The notes beneath the pieces were generated by a model that worked only from the letters and a program-made list of their open reading frames with translations, ran no database searches and was not told the DNA's origin. Shown piece by piece: positions 1 to 16,399 of a stretch of 64,000 nt of DNA (positions are counted from its first letter, which is position 1; every line of letters begins with the position of its first letter). The stretch lies in NCBI RefSeq assembly GCF_009914755.1, contig NC_060928.1. One strand, given 5' to 3'. The stretch comes from the human T2T-CHM13v2.0 reference genome, Homo sapiens. The position numbers were made by a program, and so were the translations under genes.

Positions 1-688
1 TGGGAAAAAACAGAAAAGGAAATAAAGCATTTTTATTAAGATATATGACTTCATCTTGTTTTATGTGGTGAATTAAAACAAAATCACTTAAAACAGTAGA
101 AACTCTGTTGCTATCAATGACTTGTTCAAAAGGAAAATAATTAGATCTCTGAACTATTCATCAGGGAAAAAGGAAAAAAAAATCCTTCAATTATCTGAAC
201 CCCATACCTAGACTCTTATTATAGCAAAAAGTAACAGAGGAAATAATTCAAAAGGTTGGAACTACGTGATTGGAAATCAGTGATTGCAAACCACTTAACT
301 ATTTATTTATATTTTCTCAATTTTTTGTAGATTTTCAGAAATTCATTTTGCACTGTTGAGCATTTCCAAAAAGTAGAGAAAAAAAAAACTTCTTAAAATT
401 GCCGACTTAAATAATTTGTTTCTGTCCCTATAAGTCACTCTATAAAATGCAAGAATTTCCATTTCAATTCAGTTTTGGGGCATGTTGAAACAATCCTTCC
501 TTTTTTCCCTCACCTTATTACTGAAATGAAATGTGTATTCGCACTATAATGTGTTTTCTTCTATCCTGATTGTCTCTATGGCTTTTATCTTTCTCTTTTT
601 AACAGTGAGTGGCTAATGGGGGCGGTGGGGGCGTGCGCGTGGGTAAGAGAATGTTCTTTGTTAAAGACTGTTTTCTTCCCTATACTCC

Positions 689-705
689 ATTGCCCTCTAG
701 TGGCT
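689..705 (-). promoter_or_regulatory. Candidate CTCF site
   Basis: The minus strand reads AGCCACTAGAGGGCAAT, matching the CTCF core CCASYAGRKGGCR. Motif evidence only. Confidence 0.55.
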
Positions 706-3068
706 GAGACCTAAATATCTGGAAGCTTCCATCATCCGCAAAGCAAGACACCATTTTACGCTTCACTGAGAGACTAGGGATATTCCTGCTGCTAACACAG
801 TGATTTTTCTCTCACCATGAGAAAACATAGGCTCTGAATTTAGCCAAATTTTATATGCTTTCTGCCTGAACCATTTAAAAGTACCTGAAAAATTTTATTG
901 TATGCTTTGTTTTTTACTGCTTTCCATATTCCCTCCCTGCCTTTCTTCCTTCTTTCAACAGACAACCTAATTTTATTTAGCAAAAGAAGGACTTGTAGAA
1001 TGTGGGTATTTAAAATCCATAATTAATTACAAAATTGCATTGCTTGTAGTAATTTCAAATTCCTCCCCACAAAAATTTCAGCTGACATATTAAATCTAGG
1101 CATTAGGTTGGACAGTCTGTGAATGCAATCCCTGGGTAAAATTTTAAAGACCATCGGTCACTTCTCTACAAAAAAAAAAAAAAACAAAAAACCCTCATAT
1201 TTGTGTACTGATTATTTCTGTAAAAGTAACCAGAAAACCAAAAGACAAAGGATAAGAATAATATACTCCACTTTATAAAAGAGAAACCAGCTTAAAATTC
1301 TTTTGGTGAGGTTTTTAGCAGCACCCTCTTTTTGTTTTCAAAGGAAATTGGTTTGTTTGATAAATTATATGGTCACCCTGGTTAGCAACTCTCAGATCTT
1401 ACTATTTAAATACTCTAATAGCAAACAGTTTCCTCTCTTTCTTCCTCTGGACGTTTTTAAAGTATCAAAATACTAAGACAAAGAGAAAAGCCGATTACAA
1501 ACTATCACCAACCATGGTCATTTAATTCATTTTACTGTTCTACATTAAAATATTCTTTATGAAAACATTGCATTACTCTAGGGTAAAAGACCCTAGAATT
1601 GATGCTTTAACAGTACGTAACATAAAGCACCACCCAATTATAAGCAATGTGAATTACATCTATATAAATCAGTGCTCTATTGTAAGCGATATAAATTTTC
1701 ATCTTATACACTTTAAGTACCAGATGAGCTTGAAAAGATGGGGGTAAATGGGGGAGGCAGGGCTAGAGTATGGTGAGCTTTGTAGGTTATCCATATTTCT
1801 GTAACTGCATTGATCCATGTTCAGCTGACTTGAGATATACATGACAGGAGGGACCATTTCTCATTCAAGACCATGTCACCTGTCCCCAGAAATGGAGTGC
1901 TCACAAACATCACCACCATCTCTCCATTAATGATACAGCCACACTTTCATAAATTCTGACATGTTTTCTGAGAAGCCACCATCCCTGGGAAGTAGAAACC
2001 CATGATTATCATCACTATCCTCTCTGGCCTCTGCTGCAGAGTGACCCCATGATGTTAGCCCATGGCTTCTGAGCAGGTTGGCCCTCTCATCTGCTGGCCC
2101 CTAGTGTCAGAGCCCTTGGCTCCAGCCATTTGCTTGCTATTATGAAGTTGCCACACACTCTGTCTCCTCATTCTCACTGAGACCTCTGCCTTTTCATTGG
2201 CTCTCTCAGCACTTCTCATCCTCCCACCTGTAAATGGGAACTTTTGGAGTTTCAGTCCTGCTCACTTACACCATGGAAAGCTGGGAATGGGCTGCCTCTG
2301 GTTCATCTGTTTAGACCATAAAATCAAATATCATCACTTCCCTTTAGAGAATATATAATATAACGTTTAACTACAGAAAAGAAGTAAATTACCAAATAGC
2401 AACTCTTGCATTTTAGCTTTGCAGATTTTTGTTCACAGGTGTGTGTAGCAATGACATTTGCTATTATAAGCAGATTTAATAGAAAGGAAAAAGAGCAGAA
2501 TGCAAATCAGGGGCCTAAATACTTTAAGTTTATAATCCAAACCCACTTTGGGACACTGCTGTTTGGAACCATTAACCAATTAGAATGTAAATGTCTTTGA
2601 ATAAGAGTTCAGAATTGTTTGGAAATACATTAATTCTTATCTTTCAGTTATTAATATTTGTATGAGTAGGGAAAACAGAGAATTATGTTCTTACCCAATC
2701 AAACCTGGCCAGATTTGATACCTTCACATAGACAAATATGAACTATGACAACCACAAAGCTGAATAAAATTAAATTGAGTTAGTGGAGGAGAAAGCTCTT
2801 CATAAATCCAATAAATAAATGAATGCAAGGAATAGTGACTGTGCCAATATTGAATATGTGTCAGGATAGATTTTTTTTAAGCAAAAGAGACATAAATTTG
2901 TTGAAAATGTCTCTCAAGTTTTTTTTATCTTAACTGGTGTCAGTTTGTCATTAAGACAAATAGTTTTCAGACTAATTATACTCTTACCCCTAGGAACGGA
3001 TTTTGAGAACAAATTTTCTGCTGGGTCAAAAAATCAAAACTTAGAGACTAAGTGAAAATAACAGCTGT

Positions 3069-3162
3069 ACAGCACACCAACATGGCACATGTATACATAT
3101 GTAACAAACCTGCACATTGTGCACATATACCCTAAAACTTAAAGTATAATTTTAAAAAAAAA
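3069..3162 (+). mobile_element. 94-bp 5'-truncated L1 3' end (L1PA3-5-like)
   Basis: cagcacaccaacatggcacatgtatac...cctaaaacttaaagtataat plus an A tail. Exact 15-bp TSD gaaaataacagctgt at 3054-3068 and 3163-3177. Confidence 0.92.
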
Positions 3163-3270
3163 GAAAATAACAGCTGTCTAACCTTTAAATGTGAACATTT
3201 TACTTAACCTACTTCTCTGGCCTTCCAATAGAGACAGACTTTCCTATCAAGCAAAAATAGATCAATAAAC

Positions 3271-3292
3271 CACACACACATACACACACACA
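3271..3292. repeat. (CA)n microsatellite
   Basis: cacacacacatacacacacaca. Confidence 0.85.
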
Positions 3293-3339
3293 ATCAAATG
3301 CACTGACAAAAAAGCCACCCAGAAAGAATCACCAGTGCT

Positions 3340-4060
3340 ATGCCAGAGATTTAAAATGGGTGAGGTCTAGACCACAAATGGATAGTTACTTGAAGTTGGG
3401 TGAATGTGAAGGCATCTCTGAGGAGATGACATTTAGGTTGACAGCTGAATGTCAAGATGGATCCAGCCATGCTAAGGCTAGAAGGAAGACCAGTCCAGGT
3501 AAAGGGAATGGGAATGGGTGTGCAAAGGCTCAGTGGCAGAGATAATCCTGGCAAGTTCGAGTGGGAAAAAGTAGGCCAGTGTGGTCATAGAGTAAGATGA
3601 GCCAAGGCTTTGTGGTGAGGGCCAGGAAACTGCATTTTATTCTAAGTGCAATAGGAAGCCTTCGGAGGGTTTTTAAAGATGAATAAAATCATCTAACTTA
3701 CACTGTTAGGAGAATCACTTTGCTAAATGGAGAATGAATTGGAAGTGGGTGACAGTAGAAATAGAAGTATCATTATAATTCTACGGGTAGGAAATTATTG
3801 TGATTTAAAACAGAGTGTAGTAGTGAAGAAGAAAAGAAGGCGATTTCTTTGAGACTTGTGCAGAGTTAAAACTGGCGAATTGCATGCATGGGAGGGAAGA
3901 AAGAAGAACAAAGACTAAAGTCCATGATTTTAGAGTTAGGAAGCTGCTGGTTGGTGATGCCTTTATCAGGGATGGACAGAATAATGGAGGAGCCCAATCT
4001 GGGTGGAGAATGAGAGGCCAAGCACTCAGCTTCAACCCCGTGATTGTCTAGACCCACTGT
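3340..4060 (-). mobile_element. LINE-2 fragment
   Basis: Typical reverse-orientation L2 3' motifs (ctctgaggagatgacattt, tgcaaaggc, ttttattctaagtgcaatagg). Boundaries approximate. Confidence 0.65.
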
Positions 4061-4568
4061 GTGATTAACTCAAGCTACTCTTAGATGTCAGTGACATCTC
4101 TGAACATCTATAAACCCATGGTACCTTACAAATATGGCTCTAGAGTCTAGTGCATCATCATTTTGATGATTCAGCTACTCTGAATCTTCTGTTGTTTCAG
4201 TCCTTCCATTGAGCTGCCAACGCCTCCCTTTACTCACTTTACATTTCATGATACCAGTTGCTCAGGGCTTATTTTGTCCCAGGGCTTCTACTCCACACTT
4301 CTTTCTGTCTCATTTATTTTTCTTATTCTCTACATCTTGTTTGCTGACCAACTCTGAATATTCTTATTTTAATTTTTTGAAGGTAAGTTTGATTGGTTAT
4401 AGTCAGCATCCCATATAAAGAATTTATATTGGACAGATAATACATGCAAGGTAACCTCAGAGGTAGTGGCCCTCCTTTCAATATCTAATCTCTTGGTCAG
4501 TCACATGTACCCAACGTAGTGAAGTTACACGGTAGAGCACATGGTGACCCATAGGAAACCAACAGCTG

Positions 4569-4796
4569 CTTTCTTTTCTTTTCTTTTCTTTTCTTTTCTT
4601 TTTTTAGAGAGAGAGAGAGATAAGGTGAGAGTGGCAATTGCTAAGAACATCAGTCCTATTAAATCCTATCACTGAACTCAAAGGCTTCTTCCTTTCGCCC
4701 TTATGTTCCTCAGTAAAAATCAGTGTGTGCTCTCTATCTCTATCTCTCTCTGTCTCTCTCTTTCTCTGTCTCTGTCTTTCTCTCTCTCCTTTCTCT
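4569..4796. repeat. (CTTTT)n, (GA)n and (CT)n simple repeats
   Basis: Visible at 4569-4620 and 4729-4796. Confidence 0.8.
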
Positions 4797-5449
4797 TCTA
4801 CTTACCAATAACAGTTGATTTTCATTTATGCAATAAAATGCTAAAGTGGAACTAATATAGCCTCAGCGTCAGCTGAAGTCAGAAGACGATTGATTTCTTC
4901 CTTCTGTATGAGATGACAGTAAGCCAGCCGGACAAGATGCATCACACACATCATAACTACTACAAGTCTCCCAAGAGAAGTCAAGGTCAGCTTTAAACCT
5001 TGCAGACCCACAGTATATAATGCCAGCTCATGATGGTGTTAACTAAGTAAGAACTGTCCTACTCCTTCCTCAATCTTCTATACTACCCACACTGTGTCAA
5101 ACACTAGAGGGGTTCAGAATGGCAACTGTTGCAGGGAAGGGATTGAAAATAGAAAAGGAAAATACCCCAATTAATATGCCTCTTTCTTATTAAGGCAACC
5201 AACTTGTAAATGGTCAGCACTGGTAAAGCAGAGTTGTTTTATCTTTGAATAATATTTATGAAGTTTTGATTATTACACTGGACATATTAATTGCTCCTTA
5301 CAATATTTTTATTAATGAACATGACTGGAAAAAAATGTGGTGACTTGTCCTAAGTTTCATCCGGTGGGAAGTAAGACTGGCCGCATAGAATAATTTAAAG
5401 GAGGACAAAAATAAAGTTGTTTTATAATAACATCCCATGAGTCATGTTT

Positions 5450-7570
5450 GTTCAATACAACACATATATCTGCCTTAACTCTGATAATATTCAGCCTTGA
5501 TATAGTATGTTCCTCTGTCTCTTCCACTGTATTTTAAACTCCTTGAGAGTATGAAGCCACCTTGCTTTCTATTTTACTGAGAAAATAGAAGCAGTCGCAA
5601 GAGAACTTCCAAAAGCTCCCACCTCCGCAGTTTTCCACTTAATTTCAGCTGGGCTTATTATCTAACCCTCCATCTCTCCTAATTTGAGTGAAGAATGCCA
5701 AATCCTACACTTGTGCGTGAGATTCCAGCACTGCTAACTGGCTCGAAGCTGTGACTTCAGCAATTCTCTATCCTGTTGCATCATTTTCCTTTCCGCTGAA
5801 TCATTTCCATGCACATAAAATACATGCTTTTACTTCTCCCCTCTTAATTCTTCCCTTCTTATCCTCTCTTGAGGCAACGTCAGTCAAACTCTTACCCACT
5901 CCTCTCCATGAAATTTCTAATGAAAATATTACCAATGAGCTCTCCATTGTTAAATCCAAAGGACAAGGCTCTATATGCATATTAGACCATCTATCGAAAG
6001 CATTTAACATAGTTGATGTCAAATCCACTGCCTGGAAACTCCTTCTTCCAGGATGCCACACTCTCCTGGTTTTCCTTTCCCCATTCTGGTCTCCCCCTTA
6101 GCCTCCTTTGCTACTTTCTCTTTCTACCCAAACTCTTAAACATTGGAAAGCCTCAAACCTAAGACCGTTTCTCTGCCCTAAATATTACTCTTTCCTTTGA
6201 TGATATCATCCTATCTTTGATAGTAAATATTACATAAATATACAATTCCCAAGTATTATATTTTTACTTGACTCTAGCTCAGACTGGTCTTCTCAACTCT
6301 AGGTTCAAATGTTCAGTTGCTTACCCTGCATTCCACTTGGAAGTCTAATCACAAACACAAACTCTTCAAAACCAAAATCCTAACTTTTCTCCTTGATGCA
6401 TTTATTTCCTTCCTCACTGCTGTTAGTGGCAACCCCATATTTCCAGTTTATCAGGCCCTAAAGCCTAGAGTTGTTCTTAATTTCTCTCTTTCACACCCAC
6501 ATCTATTTCATGTGCAAATCTTATAAGGTAGACCTTCATCTATTATAAAACCCAACCATATCTTACCTAACCCCTGTCACCTTGGTCCAATCCAACATCC
6601 ACTCTTAACCGAGTTATTAATAACAGCATAAAGGATCACCTCCTGCTTTTACACTTTCTTCTTCTAGGTCTATTTAAAATTTTTAAGTGAATCATGGCTG
6701 GGTGTGGTGACTCATGCTTTTAATCCCAACACGTTGGGAGGTGAAACAAATGGAAGCCAAGCTCCAAGCCAGTTTGAGACCAGCCTGGGCAAGATAATGG
6801 GACCTCTTCCCTACAAAAAATAAAAAACTTAGCCAGGAATTGTGGTGCACACCTGTAGTCCCAGCTACTCAGGAGGCTGAGGCAGGAGGATAGCTTGAGC
6901 CCAGGAGTTTGAGGCTGCAATGAACCATGATTATGCAACTGCACTCCAGCTGCATGACAGAGTGAGGCATGTCTAAAATATAAATAAATAAACCAGAAGA
7001 AACTCCTGTCTTATTTTTCTTGTTTAAAATGAGTCATATTATGTCATTTCACTGCTTAAAACCTCTGATGACTTTTCCTATCATCCAAAATGACAGTCAA
7101 GGTCTTTATAATGGTCTATAGGACCTGCATTATCTACTCTCCCCTTTTCTCCTCAAAATCATTCCTGTTACTTTCCTTCTCTCTAACTCTGCTCTAGCCA
7201 CATAGACCATGTGGCAGTTCCATGTATCTGGGCCATGCTCTGGCCTCAGGGTCTTGGCACTTGGCTACTCTGGCTGAAATGGCTTTCCTTCAGATATCCT
7301 CATGGCTGGCCCCTTCACCTTGTTTGGTTTTGGTTCTACACCAACTTCTCAGAGAATTCATCCTTAACCATGTAAGGTGGAATTACAGCTCCCACTCTGG
7401 ACTCATATGTACCTGCCTCCTTTACTTTTCCCCATAGCACTCATTTCCATCTAGCATGATGTACGTAATTTTCTTGCTTATCTTTCTCTCCACTATGATG
7501 TAAGCTCTGACCACCTCAGTACCCAGTGGAGGGTCAAGTACATGGTGAGTGCTCAAAATATGTTCGAAGA
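5450..7570 (+). mobile_element. LINE-2 (L2a-like), interrupted by an AluJ
   Basis: ORF 5751-6101 retains the decayed RT motif TNELSIVKSKGQGSICILDHLSKAFNIVD. L2 3'-end motifs continue to about 7570 (gagtgctcaaaatatgtt). Confidence 0.75.
6696..6992 (+). mobile_element. AluJ
   Basis: Dimeric Alu with J diagnostics (ggaggatagcttgagcccaggagtttgaggctgca) and a (TAAA)n tail. Confidence 0.88.
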
Positions 7571-7777
7571 GGAAATCTATGCACTCCCGTACCCCACACA
7601 CATACAGTTACACCAACAGATATTTCAGAGTGTTTTACGTTTAATAGATGCTTAACAAATGGTAGTTGGCTTGTAAATAATTCCATCTAGAGACTATATT
7701 ATACATAGTGTATTTACCGCATTGCATGCAAACTGACTGTGAGATGAGCAATGTAGCAGATCAGAATCCAGGAATAG

Positions 7778-8076
<299 letters not shown>

Positions 8077-8624
8077 TGGCTACAGTTTTTATTCCTTAGG
8101 TTTACACATATTAAAAAATACTGAAAATCGCATGGGTTGTATATATCTTTCAAAAATAATAAGTTATGTAACATAAATAATAAATTACATAAAACTGTGA
8201 AATGTACTTGTGTTTATCTTGATTTCATATATTTTGGTAAACTTTTTGTTTAATTTCATTAAGAAATAGTTTAATCATCATTGCACACCATTTCAGAGTA
8301 AAATTAGGAAAACGTCTACTACAAATGGGTTTTCTGAGGGCTTGCCAAGGATTTGCAGGCAGTGGGTAACCATTCTTTCTTTCTTTTTTTTTTTTTTTTT
8401 TTTTAATTTTTTTTTTTTTATTATACTCTAAGTTTTAGGGTACATGTGCGCATTGTGCAGGTTAGTTACATATGTATACATGTGCCATGCTGGTGCGCTG
8501 CACCCACTAACGTGTCATCTAGCATTAGGTATATCTCCCAATGCTATCCCTCCCCCCTCTCCCGACCCCACCACAGTCCCCAGAGTGTGATATTCCCCTT
8601 CCTGTGTCCAAGTGATCTCATTGT

Positions 8625-12472
<3,848 letters not shown>

Positions 12473-12511
12473 TCATTAGTTGATGCAGTTTCTTCCTAGT
12501 CTCGATGGTCT

Positions 12512-13528
12512 TTACATTTTGGCATGATTTTGCAGCAGCTGGTACCGGTTGTTCCTTTCCATGTTTAGCGCTTCCTTCAGGAGCTCTTTTAGGGCAGGCC
12601 TGGTGGTGACAAAATCTCTCAGCATTTGCTTGTCTATAAAGTATTTTATTTCTCCTTCACTTATGAAGCTTAGTTTGGCTGGATATGAAATTCTGGGTTG
12701 AAAATTCTTTTCTTTAAGAATGTTGAATATTGGCCCCCACTCTCTTCTGGCTTGTAGGGTTTCTGCCGAGAGATCCGCTGTTAGTCTGATGGGCTTTCCT
12801 TTGAGGGTAACCCGACCTTTCTCTCTGGCTGCCCTTAACATTTTTTCCTTCATTTCAACTTTGGTGAATCTGACAATTATGTGTCTTGGAGTTGCTCTTC
12901 TCGAGGAGTATCTTTGTGGCGTTCTCTGTATTTCCTGAATCTGAACGTTGGCCTGCCTTGCTAGATTGGGGAAGTTCTCCTGGATAATATCCTGCAGAGT
13001 GTTTTCCAACTTGGTTCCATTCTCCACATCACTTTCAGGTACACCAATCAGACGTAGATTTGGTCTTTTCACATAGTCCCATATTTCTTGGAGGCTTTGC
13101 TCATTTCTTTTTATTCTTTTTTCTCTAAACTTCCCTTCTCGCTTCATTTCATTCATTTCATCTTCCATTGCTGATACCCTTTCTTCCAGTTGATCGCATC
13201 GGCTCCTGAGGCTTCTGCATTCTTCACGTAGTTCTCGAGCCTTGGTTTTCAGATCCATCAGCTCCTTTAAGCACTTCTCTGTATTGGTTATTCTAGTTAT
13301 ACATTCTTCTAAATTTTTTTCAAAGTTTTCAACTTCTTTGCCTTTGGTTTGAATGTCCTCCCGTAGCTCAGAGTAATTTGATCGTCTGAAGCCTTCTTCT
13401 CTCAGCTCGTCAAAATCATTCTCCATCCAGCTTTGTTCTGTTGCTGGTGAGGAACTGCGTTCCTTTGGAGGAGGAGAGGCGCTCTGCGTTTTAGAGTTTC
13501 CAGTTTTTCTGTTCTGTTTTTTCCCCAT
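12512..13528 (-). CDS. ORF1: L1 ORF1p (RNA-binding chaperone), intact, 338 aa
   Basis: MGKKQNRKTGNSKTQSASPPPKERSSSP start, canonical length, and REKG, ARR and YPAKLS motifs retained. Confidence 0.97.
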   Translation of the reverse strand: MGKKQNRKTGNSKTQSASPPPKERSSSPATEQSWMENDFDELREEGFRRSNYSELREDIQTKGKEVENFEKNLEECITRITNTEKCLKELMDLKTKARELREECRSLRSRCDQLEERVSAMEDEMNEMKREGKFREKRIKRNEQSLQEIWDYVKRPNLRLIGVPESDVENGTKLENTLQDIIQENFPNLARQANVQIQEIQRTPQRYSSRRATPRHIIVRFTKVEMKEKMLRAAREKGRVTLKGKPIRLTADLSAETLQARREWGPIFNILKEKNFQPRISYPAKLSFISEGEIKYFIDKQMLRDFVTTRPALKELLKEALNMERNNRYQLLQNHAKM

Positions 13529-14435
13529 CTTTGTGGTTTTATCTACTTTTGGTCTTTGATGATGGTGATGTACAGATGGGTTTTCGGTGTAGATGTCCTT
13601 TCTGGTTGTTAGTTTTCCTTCTAACAGACAGGACCCTCAGCTGCAGGTCTGTTGGAATACCCTGCCGTGTGAGGTGTCAGTGTGCCCCTGCTGGGGGGTG
13701 CCTCCCAGTTAGGCTGCTCGGGGGTCAGGGGTCAGGGACCCACTTGAGGAGGCAGTCTGCCCGTTCTCAGATCTCCAGCTGCGTGCTGGGAGAACCACTG
13801 CTCTCTTCAAAGCTGTCAGACAGGGACACTTAAGTCTGCAGAGGTTACTGCTGTCTTTTTGTTTGTCTGTGTCCTGCCCCCAGAGGTGGAGCCTACAGAG
13901 GCAGGCAGGCCTCCTTGAGCTGTGGTGGGCTCCACACAGTTCGAGCTTCCCGGCTGCTTTGTTTACTTAAGCAAGCCTGGGCCATGGCGGGCGCCCCTCC
14001 CCCAGCCTCGTTGCCGCCTTGCAGTTTGATCTCAGACTGCTGTGCTAGCAATCAGCGAGATTCCGTGGGCGTAGGACCCTCCGAGCCAGGTGTGGGATAT
14101 AGTCTCGTGGTGCGCCGTTTCTTAAGCCGGTCTGAAAAGCGCAATATTCGGGTGGGAGTGACCCGATTTTCCAGGTGCGTCCGTCACCCCTTTCTTTGAC
14201 TCGGAAAGGGAACTGCCTGACCCCTTGCGCTTCCCAGGTGAGGCAATGCCTCGCCCTGCTTCGGCTCGCGCACGGTGCGCGCACCCACTGGCCTGCGCCC
14301 ACTGTCTGGCACTCCCTAGTGAGATGAACCCGGTACCTCAGATGGAAATGCAGAAATCACCCGTCTTCTGCGTCGCTCACGCTGGGAGCTGTAGACCGGA
14401 GCTGTTCCTATTCGGCCATCTTGGCTCCTCCTCTC
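13529..14435 (-). promoter_or_regulatory. L1 5'UTR internal sense and antisense promoter (CpG-rich), YY1 site intact
   Basis: CpG-dense 907 bp. YY1 motif CAAGATGGCC at 14414-14423 (minus). Plus-strand antisense splice donors have GT at 14090, 14175 and 14238. Confidence 0.9.
13984..14199 (+). CDS. ORF0: L1 ORF0 (antisense 5'UTR ORF), intact, 71 aa
   Basis: ATG at 13984 in a gccATGg context. MAGAPPPASLPPCSLISDCC...RCVRHPFL spans 216 nt (71 codons plus stop). Confidence 0.88.
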   Translation: MAGAPPPASLPPCSLISDCCASNQRDSVGVGPSEPGVGYSLVVRRFLSRSEKRNIRVGVTRFSRCVRHPFL

Positions 14436-14671
14436 GGGTAACCATTCTTTCTTACCATATTTTCAAAGGAGTTTTTACTATTGCATAAATCTATAGCAGT
14501 CAATTAAATTAAAATATGGAGAAGGGTTGAATGCCTAATTACATGTTAAAATTGAAGTCTGGAAAGAGATTACATAAAGTAGTAAATAAAAGCATCACAT
14601 CTGTTCAAAATAATGTTTCTAGTTTTTCCCCAGAATCACTGTGCACTTTTACTCTAAAGAAGCATAGGTTT

Positions 14672-15000
<329 letters not shown>

Positions 15001-15322
15001 CTATCTTTCCTAGAACTTCCTTCTTTAGGTTCTGCTCTCTGTTGATATATTAGTCTGTATAAACATGTACATTGATACGTTAAATTACTTCCTATGTTGC
15101 TTTTTAAAATATTAGCAGGTGCCTCCTGAGGACTCAAAGATTTAATACACAAGATTGAAAATTAAGAGTATTTTAGGCATATTGTCAGGGAGATTATTGG
15201 AAATTCGGTGGGCAAGATAATCTTTCACCCCTCCTCTAATCACTACCCCATATTATACTCTTTTTAATAAAACATGAAAGTGTCTTCATGTTTAGCTGCA
15301 GGAGACAAATAACTTTCAGGAG

Positions 15323-15338
15323 TCCACCAGAGGGTGTT
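15323..15338 (+). promoter_or_regulatory. Candidate CTCF site
   Basis: TCCACCAGAGGGTGTT matches the core with a CG>TG change. Motif evidence only. Confidence 0.4.
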
Positions 15339-15389
15339 CATTCATTTGTTCATTTCAACTAATACTTAAAAGTTCTGTGGTTAAAGTGC

Positions 15390-15600
15390 TTTAGAGACCA
15401 CAAAGTATTTTCATATTCTTCTTACTTAACCCTCACAACCCTCAAATTTGCAAGGATAAACATCTTGCATTAACAAATGGGAAAACTGAGACTCTCCTAA
15501 AAGTTTAAGGGATTGAGCAAAATCACACAGTTAGTTGACAGAATCATTGATACCCAAACCTATATATTCTAATGCTAAAAGTATTAGTTTCCCACAATAC
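15390..15600 (-). mobile_element. MIR fragment
   Basis: MIR core-like acaaatgggaaaactgagactc and aatcacacagttagt. Confidence 0.65.
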
Positions 15601-16399
15601 TTTAACTCAGCATTTCTAATATGCTAAATGTAATCGAGTCTTAAAGATGCGTAGCCATGGTTCCTACACTCCAACTACTTACAGGAGGGTGAAAATCTGT
15701 AACACATAAAAGAGCCTAACTTTTAAGAATTACAGTCAACATGATGTTGAATAACATAAAAATGTAAAGATCTTTATAATTAGCATAAATTAAGCGAACT
15801 ATTGTGATTAGACATATGGAAGAACTTTACCATGTAAATGTAACTTAAAAGTCAAAAATTAGTAGAGTGACTTTCTTAAGCATATGAAATCTGCCCTTGA
15901 AAACCATAAAGAGAAAAATCTAGAACTCATCCTGGGATGAGAGTGACATGCACTTCATGGAGTCAAAAAACCTTCTAGGAAGTTTAGAGAAATCTAGTGT
16001 TTCACAATTCCAGGTGTCTTATTAACTTACCATAATTCCCTTCGGCAAATCACTTGGCAGTCAGGGTCACTGGCTCTTGAAGCTTGCAGACCAACACTGC
16101 CTGAGAAAAAGGGGTGGGAAGAAGACAACATTAAGCAACTCATCCTTGCTATTAGCCCTGCTCTGGTCCCTTGTCTATTGGCCAGTAAGAAAACAATTTC
16201 CCTATTCTTCATCCTTTTTGGATACCTATGATAGAATTGAGTCTATACTTTCATTTCCTGTAAGGCTTGAGATGAGCCTGGCTTATATCCGTCCTTTCAG
16301 AAACTGGAGTCCTCTTTCTGAACTCCAGGTAGACACTGAGATCCCATTCTCAGCTTTCACTGATTCTGAAAACTGCTGCTTATGTGCCTTTTTCTTTAC

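Noticed and set aside
1577-1597. 8-bp hairpin tctagggt/accctaga
   Set aside because: Isolated and within chance expectation.
2270-2306. 37-nt minus-strand exon candidate (aaacag|ATG...GGT|gtaagt)
   Set aside because: Poor acceptor, and expected by chance.
4850-5390. Possible ancient DNA transposon remnant
   Set aside because: I could not identify terminal inverted repeats or a family with confidence.
8505-8520. Assignment to L1HS-Ta or L1PA2
   Set aside because: The diagnostic trinucleotide is ACG, not ACA (Ta) or GAG (L1PA2).
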